Virus record (IMG/VR): IMGVR_UViG_3300032257_000070
Span: 1-35,261 of that record
Direction: 5' to 3' (one strand)
Length of the DNA stretch: 35,261 nt
Origin: a virus
Taxonomy: Duplodnaviria; Caudoviricetes
Shown here: positions 18,142-26,507 of the stretch, one piece after another
Position numbering within the stretch: the first letter of the stretch is position 1
How the letters are laid out: every line of letters begins with the position of its first letter
Position numbers and translations under genes: made by a program
The notes under the pieces: generated by a model
Databases searched by the model: none
The model's input: the letters and a program-made list of their open reading frames with translations, nothing else
What the model was told of the DNA's origin: nothing

Positions 18142-20639
18142 TGGCTTGTATTGAGGACATAAAGAAAGCAGCTAAGGGCATGATGACCGATGAGGAAGTT
18201 GATGCTTTGTATAGTGCTTTGCAAAAAATTCGACGTACTAAACGCGGCTCCCCTGCTGATATTAATCGTGAAATGTTAGCGGAAGCTGAAAACATGATAG
18301 AGACATGGGTGTCTGCAATGAAGATAGAAAAGCGTAATAGGGCGTTTAATATCATTGCTCGCGCTCGAATCATGGAAGGAATTGAACGATATAAGGCTAG
18401 AACGCCAGATGCTACTGATGCCGATGGGCTTATTAATTATATGGTTGGCCTTGGTCAAGGTGGCGACTCTATTGGTTCTAGAATGTCGTCAAAGGAAAAT
18501 GGCGTAGTTGGTGGGGTTCGAGATAAAATAACTCAAGCTAACCTCTGGGATTCGTTAAACTCTCGAAATCTCGATAGAGAAATTGCACAGGAAATGTGGG
18601 AGATTGGACGGCCTGATGGAAAGCCGGGAATATCTGGTAACAAAGACGCTCAGAAACTCGCTGAAATATTTAACGATGGTCAAAAGGCAGTCGTTCAAAT
18701 GCAGAATGACGCTGGGGCTTGGATTGATAGCTTACCTGGCTACATTGTTAGACAGACTCATGACGCCACTAAAATCCGAAGAAAGGGCGGTGATAAAGGC
18801 CAAGACTGGGTTTCATACACAAATGACCGAATTGATTGGGATCAAACGGCCAGAGGTTTAACTGAGGCGGAAAGACTTGAATATCTTCAAACAGTCTACA
18901 CAAACTTATCCACTGGCGATCATTACGTATCAAAGGGTGTCGCTGATAACGACAAATTTCTGGCATTTAAAGGCCCGGCCAATATAGCTAAGAAAATATC
19001 GTCAGAGCGCGTATTACATTTTAAATCAGCCGATGATTGGTTTGATTACAACAAAGAATACGGATCAGGGAATTTAGCTGAATCGTTTTTCTATGGTGTT
19101 GAGCGAGGCGCTAGAAATGCTGCATTAATGGAGGGCTTTGGCACCAACCCTCGATCAATGTTTAAGGGAATTATTGATGTATTACACGAAAGAAACAAGG
19201 GTGATATAAAGGTAATAAATAAGCTTAGAGGGCATCGTGGAGCTGATACTTTAGAATGGTACATGATGCAGATCACCGGAGAGAATAAACGGCCTGGCTC
19301 TGTTGGATTGTCCATGGTAGGGGCTGGCATAAGAGCGTTTGAGTCCTTCTCAAAGCTTGGGGGCGCATCTTTATCATCAGTGAATGACCTTGCAACAATG
19401 GCAAGTCAGGCAAAATTTAACGGTATTGGCTATCTTAAAGGATTCCAGCAGGGGATTGATAATCTCATGCAAGGTAGAACAAGCGGTGAGAAGCGACAGT
19501 TAGCTGATATATTAGGTGTTGGTTATGAAGGAATGATGGGGCAAGTTCTTAATCGCTGGGGCGCATCCGATCACGTACCAGGTAGATTGAATAGTTTAGT
19601 ACAAAGCACGTTTAAATTTACAGGTCTTAACTGGTGGACTGATGCCCATAAGACAGGGTTTGCAACAATGCTTAGTCGTAATTTAGGGGTGAATAAAGGT
19701 AAGTCATGGTCGAAATTAGACCCTGATTTAAGGCAGTCTCTCGGGCTTTATTTAAAGCCTGCTGAGTGGGATATTATTCGTACGCAACCAACAAGAAATA
19801 TTGATGGTGCTGAATACATTACACCAGAATCAGCTAAAAACTTAACTGATGCTCAAGTTAGAGGAATGATAGGCGAAAAAGCAGGCCCATTAAAAATTAG
19901 AAGATTCAGAGATCAGCTTGAAACATCAGTTAGAAGTTATTTTGTTGATCAGTCTGATTCAGCTATCCCAACTCCAGGCGACAGAGAAATGGCGTTGTTA
20001 AGGGGAAAAACAACTCCAGGAACATGGGCAGGTGAGGGAATGAGGTTTTTTGCACAGTTTAAGGCTTTCCCTGTAACCTTTATGACTAAGGCAATGGGAA
20101 AGTTTATGATCAATGGAAAGATGAATAAACAAGGAATGGCGATGTTATTTGCTATGAGTACAGCGATGGGCTACATGGCTATGACGTTGAAAGATATAGC
20201 AAAAAACAGAACGCCGCGTGATCCAACAGCAAACCCCGTTAAGGTATTTTTAGCGGCAGCACAGCAAGGCGGCGGTCTTGGAATATATGGAGACTTTTTA
20301 TTTGGCGAGGGTTCAAGGTTTGGCACGTCAGCAATGGGTACGGTTGCAGGGCCAGCTTTCGGAAGCATGAATGAATTACTAAATATTGGCTTTGGACTAA
20401 AGAAGGAATTAACAGAGAAACTATCAGGTAATAATGAGTTTGACTTCAAAACCACAAACAAAATAGTTAACTTTGTAAAGCACCATGCGCCGATAGTTAA
20501 CTGGTTTTGGACAAAAAAAGCCTTTGATGGTCTAATATTTAACCATATACAGGAAAACATTAACCCCGGATACCTTGAGAGAACCCGAGCCCGGATGCAG
20601 AAATACAACGAGCAAGACTTTTTATTTGGTAAATTCTAA
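18141..20639 (+). CDS. large internal virion/ejection protein
   Basis: TAATG coupling (start MACIEDI); 'RVLHFKSAD', 'FFAQFKAFP', 'GGGLGIYGDFL', 'NPGYL' as in APSE/epsilon15-like large core proteins. Confidence 0.8.
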   Translation: MACIEDIKKAAKGMMTDEEVDALYSALQKIRRTKRGSPADINREMLAEAENMIETWVSAMKIEKRNRAFNIIARARIMEGIERYKARTPDATDADGLINYMVGLGQGGDSIGSRMSSKENGVVGGVRDKITQANLWDSLNSRNLDREIAQEMWEIGRPDGKPGISGNKDAQKLAEIFNDGQKAVVQMQNDAGAWIDSLPGYIVRQTHDATKIRRKGGDKGQDWVSYTNDRIDWDQTARGLTEAERLEYLQTVYTNLSTGDHYVSKGVADNDKFLAFKGPANIAKKISSERVLHFKSADDWFDYNKEYGSGNLAESFFYGVERGARNAALMEGFGTNPRSMFKGIIDVLHERNKGDIKVINKLRGHRGADTLEWYMMQITGENKRPGSVGLSMVGAGIRAFESFSKLGGASLSSVNDLATMASQAKFNGIGYLKGFQQGIDNLMQGRTSGEKRQLADILGVGYEGMMGQVLNRWGASDHVPGRLNSLVQSTFKFTGLNWWTDAHKTGFATMLSRNLGVNKGKSWSKLDPDLRQSLGLYLKPAEWDIIRTQPTRNIDGAEYITPESAKNLTDAQVRGMIGEKAGPLKIRRFRDQLETSVRSYFVDQSDSAIPTPGDREMALLRGKTTPGTWAGEGMRFFAQFKAFPVTFMTKAMGKFMINGKMNKQGMAMLFAMSTAMGYMAMTLKDIAKNRTPRDPTANPVKVFLAAAQQGGGLGIYGDFLFGEGSRFGTSAMGTVAGPAFGSMNELLNIGFGLKKELTEKLSGNNEFDFKTTNKIVNFVKHHAPIVNWFWTKKAFDGLIFNHIQENINPGYLERTRARMQKYNEQDFLFGKF

Positions 20640-22597
20640 TGACTGTATCAACCACAATTCGCAAAAACTCATACACCCTAACCGGGGCAACGACTGCATT
20701 TACTTTCAATTTCAAGATATTAGCTGAAACTGATTTAGAGGTTATTAGAACTGATACCGTAGGTATCGAGACAGTTTTGACGTTAACCACAAATTACACA
20801 GTCAGCACAGGCCCATGGCCTACTGGCGGCACAGTAACGACTGTCACAAACTATACTGACGGAACTTTGACTATCCGGCGATTACTCCCCCGTACGCAGT
20901 TATCTGATTATATCACGGGTGACAAATTCCCGGCAGAAACTCACGAGGCTGGACTTGATCGTTTAGTAATGATTTCTCAAGAACATGATGAAGAATTATC
21001 CAGAACCATGCGCCTTAAGGATAGTTCTCCATTATCAAACCTTTCGTTTCCTGATCCTGGAGCTGGTAATTATTTGAGATGGAATGCGGCTGGAACTGCT
21101 CTTGAAGCGGTATCAACCACCGTAAACAATGATAATTATACTGCTAGTGGATTAGGGACAACTAGATCAGTAACGTCAAGGCTTGGCGATTATATTTCAG
21201 TTAAAGATTATGGTGCGGTTGGTGATGGCGTTACTGACGATACCACTGCAATACTTGTGGCTATTGCAGCCGCTGCTGCTGGGGATACTGTTTATTTTCC
21301 ACCAGGAAATTATTTTGTCGATGGTGCTATTACAGTTAGCGTAAACGGTATAAACCTAAAAGGTTCTGGAATTGAATCAACTATAATTAAGCAGAATTCA
21401 ACAACAGCAAATACCTTTGTTTTTTCTAGTTCTCAATTTTCTGGCGTGTCAGATATGAAAATAACTCATACCGGAACACCAACGGCAGGATATGCCGTCA
21501 CATTCAACAAAACTGGATCGTCAGGTTGTTTTTTTGGATATGTAAATAACGTTTACATTCAAAATATGTGGAATGGTATTTTAATTGAATCCTGCACAGA
21601 AACAAGAATACTCAAAGTACACCTTCGCGGTTTATTGGGTACAAGAGGTATTTTGTATCAAGGCACTGGGTCTGGGGTTTTAGGTTCTTACCGAGCTTTA
21701 ATATCAGATGTTGTATGTGATACGGCTGGCAACGGAAACACCACTATCATATGGGTCGTGCAGGAAAACTACGCCTACTCCCTAGTTCTTGAAAATTGCA
21801 CGGGACTATATGGAGCCTCTGCTTTTGCCATGCTTGATACTGCAAACACAGGAGCAAGCTATCCAATCTGGTGCTTTGCGAATGACCTAGAGGCAGACCA
21901 CAATGTGACAACAGGTATATCTCTTGCTGGCGGAGAAGGTGTTTATTTATCTAATTCATGGGTGGGCTCATGCTCTGCGGGAAGTGGTATTAATATAGCA
22001 GCAGGTTTTAGGGGGGAGGTTGCAATAACTAATACACGAATAATGGGGAACTTTGCTCATGGAGTCAATATTTTGGCTGGGCCGGAAGATGTGACTATTG
22101 ATGGCTGTTATATTGGCGATAACTCTACATCAGGAAGCGGAACATATCACGGTATATTAGTTAACTCAAACACTGATAATTTTATTATTAGTAATAATAA
22201 AATCGGTGATTTGCTTGGCGCGGCTGGAAACAATCAGGGATATGGTATTTTTATAAATACGGGTACTAGTACAGAGTTTGTTATTCAGGGCAACAATCTA
22301 AATGGAAATGTAACCGCTGGATTATTTGATGGAGGTACAGGCGCCGAGGGGATTATCAAAGATAATCTTGGAGTTGCTGAGTTACCAGCAAATGCCACAG
22401 TAACAGCATCACCAATGACATACACTAATGGACATAGACCTAACACCATTTATGTGAAGGGAGGAACGGTGTCCAGTATTACTCAGGGCGGCATTACTTT
22501 AGCTACTGCTACTGATAAGACTATTCATCTTGAGCCGAATGAGGCTGTAGTTATCACTTACTCATCAGCGCCAACAATTGCGCAAATAGTTCATTAA
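20639..22597 (+). CDS. tailspike with right-handed beta-helix (pectate lyase 3-like) domain
   Basis: N-terminal head-binding 'FTFNFKIL...HEAGLDRL'; 'SVKDYGAVGDGVTDDT' followed by beta-helix repeats. Confidence 0.9.
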   Translation: MTVSTTIRKNSYTLTGATTAFTFNFKILAETDLEVIRTDTVGIETVLTLTTNYTVSTGPWPTGGTVTTVTNYTDGTLTIRRLLPRTQLSDYITGDKFPAETHEAGLDRLVMISQEHDEELSRTMRLKDSSPLSNLSFPDPGAGNYLRWNAAGTALEAVSTTVNNDNYTASGLGTTRSVTSRLGDYISVKDYGAVGDGVTDDTTAILVAIAAAAAGDTVYFPPGNYFVDGAITVSVNGINLKGSGIESTIIKQNSTTANTFVFSSSQFSGVSDMKITHTGTPTAGYAVTFNKTGSSGCFFGYVNNVYIQNMWNGILIESCTETRILKVHLRGLLGTRGILYQGTGSGVLGSYRALISDVVCDTAGNGNTTIIWVVQENYAYSLVLENCTGLYGASAFAMLDTANTGASYPIWCFANDLEADHNVTTGISLAGGEGVYLSNSWVGSCSAGSGINIAAGFRGEVAITNTRIMGNFAHGVNILAGPEDVTIDGCYIGDNSTSGSGTYHGILVNSNTDNFIISNNKIGDLLGAAGNNQGYGIFINTGTSTEFVIQGNNLNGNVTAGLFDGGTGAEGIIKDNLGVAELPANATVTASPMTYTNGHRPNTIYVKGGTVSSITQGGITLATATDKTIHLEPNEAVVITYSSAPTIAQIVH

Positions 22598-22610
22598 CTC
22601 GGGGGTTAAT

Positions 22611-22886
22611 ATGAGCGACGAAGAAAAGAAAGCGTTTAATCGAATACCTTACAAAGAGGTCTTTGTTATTGCTGGAATGATTCTCGCTATCGGTAGCGCT
22701 TGGGGAGTTAACGTCAACTCTATCAGCAACAACAAAAGCGAGATCAAGAAAAACAGGTCTTATTTTGAACACAGAGTCGATAGAATGGAAAAAAGAACAG
22801 AAAAACGATTCGATAAGACTGACAACAAGATTGATCGTCTGGACAGAAAATTAAATACAATCTTGCGAGCAATCAAGAATCAATGA
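22611..22886 (+). CDS. single-TM plus coiled-coil protein (holin/XhlA-like)
   Basis: TM 'VFVIAGMILAIGSAWGV' then charged coiled coil; first gene after tailspike. Confidence 0.6.
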   Translation: MSDEEKKAFNRIPYKEVFVIAGMILAIGSAWGVNVNSISNNKSEIKKNRSYFEHRVDRMEKRTEKRFDKTDNKIDRLDRKLNTILRAIKNQ

Positions 22887-22948
22887 TTATTTTACAGCTA
22901 TTAATTTTCGGGTTAATTGTCTATGCTTTATACAAAGCAACGAGGTGA
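22883..22948 (+). CDS. 21-aa single-TM peptide (not in ORF track)
   Basis: ATGA overlap; MIILQLLIFGLIVYALYKATR. Confidence 0.5.
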   Translation: MIILQLLIFGLIVYALYKATR

Positions 22949-22951
22949 TTT

Positions 22952-23128
22952 ATGGGAATATACTTAGCTAGTTTTGTAACATTTATTGTTGGCTTATTAA
23001 TAGTCGCTTATATTTATGTATTTAAAAATAAATCAGAGGCTTACGACATAATCCCATTTTTTATAGGCGGATTTATGTTGATGTTTCTCGGTGCATTTAG
23101 CGCCTTAGTCATTTACTTTGTGAGGTGA
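22952..23128 (+). CDS. 58-aa two-TM membrane protein (not in ORF track)
   Basis: GAGGTG SD; MGIYLASFVTFIVGLLIVAYIYVF-KNKSEAYD-IIPFFIGGFMLMFLGAFSALVIYFVR; AT-rich. Confidence 0.65.
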   Translation: MGIYLASFVTFIVGLLIVAYIYVFKNKSEAYDIIPFFIGGFMLMFLGAFSALVIYFVR

Positions 23129-23131
23129 TTT

Positions 23132-23332
23132 TTGAAACCTTGGTACAAATCCAAAACGATCATATTCAACGCGGTCATAGCCGGTCTAGCGTCATTAGAG
23201 CCTGTTTTCCCGCTATTGAAGCCAATGCTAGGGGAGAGCTATTACCCCGTCCTGATGGTGCTGTTAACCACTGGGAACGGTGTATTACGGTCAATAACTA
23301 ATCAGGGGGTGTCCTTTGCTCGGAAAACTTAA
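23132..23332 (+). CDS. putative holin
   Basis: 'KPWYKSKTIIFN...LRSITNQ' pattern of small 2-TM phage holins; GAGGTG SD. Confidence 0.7.
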   Translation: MKPWYKSKTIIFNAVIAGLASLEPVFPLLKPMLGESYYPVLMVLLTTGNGVLRSITNQGVSFARKT

Positions 23333-23549
23333 ACTATGGGGCATGGCCTTCCTTGGCATATTATCTGCTGTTCTGTATGGGTTATGGAAGCGAGACAAGG
23401 CAGCGTTTGCTGAATACAGAGAACGACAAGCAAAAGCATTGAATGACGCTGAGAGGGCCGCACACGAAGCCTTAGAGCAAAGTAGGAAAGACGAAAACAA
23501 AGAGGTAGCCGATGCACTTAAAGACAATCGCAATGATTATTTCGAGTAG
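23316..23549 (+). CDS. putative inner-membrane spanin (Rz-like)
   Basis: N-terminal TM then charged helical domain; overlaps a downstream lipoprotein gene. Confidence 0.65.
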   Translation: MLGKLKLWGMAFLGILSAVLYGLWKRDKAAFAEYRERQAKALNDAERAAHEALEQSRKDENKEVADALKDNRNDYFE

Positions 23550-23751
23550 CCTGTTAATAAGCTGTGGAAAACCTGTGTATATTCAGCCCAGACTTCCGCT
23601 ACCTGATCCGCTAGTGACCCCGAAACTGGCAAAGAAAGACTTTAAATGTCTGAATAAGTCCGTACGGGATAGAATGGCTTTAGTTTTGGCAGCACGAAAG
23701 GCCAGGATTAAACGACTACGAAAAATTATTGAATCAACAAGGAAGAACTAA
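23512..23751 (+). CDS. putative outer-membrane lipoprotein spanin (Rz1-like)
   Basis: signal MHLKTIAMIISSSLLIS-C lipobox, Pro-rich 'QPRLPLPDP'; GAGGT SD; overlaps the Rz-like gene. Confidence 0.65.
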   Translation: MHLKTIAMIISSSLLISCGKPVYIQPRLPLPDPLVTPKLAKKDFKCLNKSVRDRMALVLAARKARIKRLRKIIESTRKN

Positions 23752-23752
23752 A

Positions 23753-24559
23753 ATGGCAATACAGGAAAATGGAGATAACACAGAATATTGGATGCTTCAC
23801 GCAATGCGCGTGATTCAAAAGAATTACGGCCATACTGTCAGTATATGGGATAAAGGAAAAGACCTTTTAAAGTTTGGACGATCTGAGCAGGTTCACACTA
23901 CTAATAAAACTACATTAATGACCTTACCCGCAGGAACATATAATGAAACTTATGTTTCATCGAATCTGATAACGACTATATCTAGCTCAAGTGCGTCTGA
24001 CACAGAGGAAGTTATTGTAGAGGGGCACACTGTTGATGGTAACGGTGATTTTACTTTTGTAACGCAAACAATAACCCTGACCGGGCAGACTCAGGCAACT
24101 CTCGGCACAGCTCTTGCTAGGGTATCAAGAATAAAAAACAACGGCACAAGTGATCTTGTTGGCACTATTTATGTTTATGAAGATGACACCGATACTACAG
24201 GCACTCCAGACACAGCGGCCAAGGTTCATTGTGAAATCAGGGCCGGAGAAAACAATTCAGAAAAAGCTTCTACTACAATATCAAGTGTGGATTACTGGAT
24301 TGTTCAAGGAGTGTATTCAGACGTTTTGGAAAAAACCGCAGCTACTGCTGAAATTATGTTTGAGGTAAGAGAAAAAGGAAAAACATTTTTAGAGCAGTTT
24401 GAATTATCATGCTCTAATACGTCCGGTTCTATTAGGTCTGGCTCTCCTTATATTATAATCAGGCCAAACTCTGATGTGAGGTTAAGGTCTTTAGCAAGTG
24501 CCAACACCACAACAGTTTCCGGGGGAATGTGGGGAGTTTTAGCTTCTATAATTACTTAA
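23753..24559 (+). CDS. Thr/Ser-rich beta protein, probably virion-associated
   Basis: AAGGA SD before ATG 23753; 'KFGR', 'ISSSSASDT', 'TLTGQT' beta-rich pattern. Confidence 0.6.
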   Translation: MAIQENGDNTEYWMLHAMRVIQKNYGHTVSIWDKGKDLLKFGRSEQVHTTNKTTLMTLPAGTYNETYVSSNLITTISSSSASDTEEVIVEGHTVDGNGDFTFVTQTITLTGQTQATLGTALARVSRIKNNGTSDLVGTIYVYEDDTDTTGTPDTAAKVHCEIRAGENNSEKASTTISSVDYWIVQGVYSDVLEKTAATAEIMFEVREKGKTFLEQFELSCSNTSGSIRSGSPYIIIRPNSDVRLRSLASANTTTVSGGMWGVLASIIT

Positions 24560-24744
24560 AGCCCGCGTCTTAACTTCTTCACCAGCTTTTCAATCCGTTC
24601 CCGCTCATTATCATCAGGGTGCGGATTGTATTCAAGCTCCAGGATTGCAGCATAGAGTAATTGCTTTCTATGCTTATCATGTCGGCATTGCTTTTGATAA
24701 GCGTCTGCCATGCTCTCGATGCCTGCTAATTGTTTCTGTTTCAC
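24556..24744 (-). CDS. hypothetical protein (last gene of leftward arm)
   Basis: coupled to upstream gene; stop codon overlaps the convergent + strand stop (TTAA). Confidence 0.6.
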   Translation of the reverse strand: MKQKQLAGIESMADAYQKQCRHDKHRKQLLYAAILELEYNPHPDDNERERIEKLVKKLRRGL

Positions 24745-24944
24745 AAGAAATCCTCCCGCAAAATATCCTCAATCTTGGAATAATAAGTATCCCCACTCGG
24801 CGACTGTCTCGACCACATGAATTGATAGAGCTTCGCTATTATCCAGAAGTAATGGTCTGAGTACCCATCCTGCCCGTCAAGGCTTCCATGATCCCATCTA
24901 TCCCGTTTAGTTCTGTAGACTACTCTCCACTTCTTACGTAGCAT
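24741..24944 (-). CDS. hypothetical protein
   Basis: GGAGGG SD upstream; overlaps neighbours in the leftward operon. Confidence 0.6.
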   Translation of the reverse strand: MLRKKWRVVYRTKRDRWDHGSLDGQDGYSDHYFWIIAKLYQFMWSRQSPSGDTYYSKIEDILREDFL

Positions 24945-25239
24945 TATCACCCTCCGGCGCTTCTGGTATTTGCAACCAATGTGTTACGTAATCCATAGCA
25001 CTTACCCCAAATATTCCAGTAAAGTCTCTAGCAAATGTTTCTATTGAACCATCATTAAAATGGCATAGAACTGTCACCTCGTGTTCAGGCAGCCGATCAT
25101 CCACGCTTATCCACTGTCTTTTCTTTAACTCTTCTATAGCCTCATACATCAGAGCCGCATCCTGACCGAACTTAACAGGCTCACCCATCTCCAACATACC
25201 TGCTATTATGCTCATTCGTTTGATTAAATCACTCATCAT
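24934..25239 (-). CDS. DUF551-like protein
   Basis: 'WISVDDRLPE...VL...VTHWLQIPEAP'. Confidence 0.8.
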   Translation of the reverse strand: MMSDLIKRMSIIAGMLEMGEPVKFGQDAALMYEAIEELKKRQWISVDDRLPEHEVTVLCHFNDGSIETFARDFTGIFGVSAMDYVTHWLQIPEAPEGDNAT

Positions 25240-25411
25240 CCTCTCCCGCTCGTTTGTTCCAAGCTTCGATTGCGTCTTTTTCTGTGTTGAACCATGCAAG
25301 TTCATACGCTATACATTCTATGTCGTAGCAACTAACCTCCCATATATTGCTATCGTCTGCTGCAATATGGACAGGACTACCACAAAACGGACACGGAAGT
25401 AAATCGCTCAT
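25229..25411 (-). CDS. Lar-family restriction alleviation protein
   Basis: 'LLPCPFCG...C..C...AIEAWNKRA'. Confidence 0.8.
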   Translation of the reverse strand: MSDLLPCPFCGSPVHIAADDSNIWEVSCYDIECIAYELAWFNTEKDAIEAWNKRAGEDDE

Positions 25412-25617
25412 ATCAAGTCCTCTGGTCGCACAGGCCCTAAAAATTCACCTTCTAGGTCATGGATAGGCTTAGTAAATCTTTTTCCTATTTCCTTGTAAGT
25501 CGATTCTGTTTCATAAAACGATAGCCCAAACACTTCAATTATTTCCTCGATGGTTCTGTCGTCTCTTCGATAAAAGTAATATCCACTTCGCGTTGGTTTC
25601 TCTGTCGTCCATTTCAT
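25408..25617 (-). CDS. hypothetical protein
   Basis: 'MKWTTEKPTRSGYYFYR...FLGPVRP' common phage ORF pattern; start moved to 25617. Confidence 0.7.
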   Translation of the reverse strand: MKWTTEKPTRSGYYFYRRDDRTIEEIIEVFGLSFYETESTYKEIGKRFTKPIHDLEGEFLGPVRPEDLI

Positions 25618-25657
25618 TCCTTGCTCTCCAACTCTGCCTGCTGTCTCTCGAATTCGC

Positions 25658-25843
25658 TCATGGCATACTACCTTCCCATTTAGTAGGCTCAGTTCTTTCA
25701 AAATTAACTGACTCTTTCAGTATTTCTTGGCCGACTAAATTCCCAAGCTTCCAAGTCAATAATTGCACTAATCCTATTAGCCGATCAATATCTTTGTTTT
25801 GTGCTTCCACTTCACGCCGTAATAACATCACGTCAATATCCAT
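25658..25843 (-). CDS. hypothetical protein
   Basis: GAGGGG SD upstream; operon fit. Confidence 0.55.
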   Translation of the reverse strand: MDIDVMLLRREVEAQNKDIDRLIGLVQLLTWKLGNLVGQEILKESVNFERTEPTKWEGSMP

Positions 25844-25846
25844 ACT

Positions 25847-26050
25847 CTACCCCTCGTCTTGCTTTCTAAATATCCACCAACTTTGTATAAACGGCTCGCT
25901 TCCTATCCACCTTTTTTCTGCATGACCAACAAACTCCCACCCATGATCGTCCATGTGATTCAGCCAATCTTCCATGTCTTGTCCACTCATTACCGGGCTC
26001 GTAGCTTTTGAAGGCAGCATAGGCTGGGTAACTTTATATCTATATCTCAC
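25847..26050 (-). CDS. DUF4177-like small protein
   Basis: 'YRYKV...LNHMDDHGWEFVG...WIFRK'. Confidence 0.65.
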   Translation of the reverse strand: MRYRYKVTQPMLPSKATSPVMSGQDMEDWLNHMDDHGWEFVGHAEKRWIGSEPFIQSWWIFRKQDEG

Positions 26051-26075
26051 ACTCTACCCCTCGCTTACTGGTTGT

Positions 26076-26507
26076 TTAGTTTTTAAGGTACGTATACGCT
26101 TTGTGATATTTCTCTATGCGCTTAAGATCTTTATCGCGTAGCCCTTTGATTCTAGTAATGTCACTATTGTGCCTGAGGTCGTGCATTTTGATTTCAATGG
26201 CCTGTTCACTATTACTTTTTATCTGTTCTATGTACTCCATATAATCCATGCTTGGGTCGTGCGTTAATAAGCTAACTAGATTTACCACTTTATTGCTAAA
26301 CCCATGCGAGATAAGATCCATAAGCTTATAGCTTGTATCTTCAATAAGATCATGCAACACAGCAACAATCATTAATTCTTCATCGCCTGAATATTTCATT
26401 TTATTCATTACATATAGACAATGTAGAATATACGGTTTACCGCCTCTGTCCGTCTTATCTTTAAATGCCTGACTTGCTATCGCTATTGCCGTTCCTAAAT
26501 CACTCAT
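26076..26507 (-). CDS. HD-domain protein, RelA/SpoT hydrolase-like (small alarmone hydrolase type)
   Basis: 'DRGGKPYILH', 'AVLHDLIEDT', 'LLTH', 'IKMHDLRHNSD'. Confidence 0.85.
   Translation of the reverse strand: MSDLGTAIAIASQAFKDKTDRGGKPYILHCLYVMNKMKYSGDEELMIVAVLHDLIEDTSYKLMDLISHGFSNKVVNLVSLLTHDPSMDYMEYIEQIKSNSEQAIEIKMHDLRHNSDITRIKGLRDKDLKRIEKYHKAYTYLKN

Noticed and set aside
20639-22597. BPP-1-style diversity-generating retroelement targeting the receptor-binding protein
   Set aside because: Despite the BPP-1-like virion module, I see no reverse transcriptase and no TR/VR repeat pair; the gene is an ordinary beta-helix tailspike.
849-22772. Minus-strand and off-frame ORFs overlapping the late genes (e.g. 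1271-1630, 2465-2911, 8376-8708, 12091-12468, 18583-18861, 20171-20608)
   Set aside because: They shadow well-supported genes and show no motifs or ribosome-binding sites.
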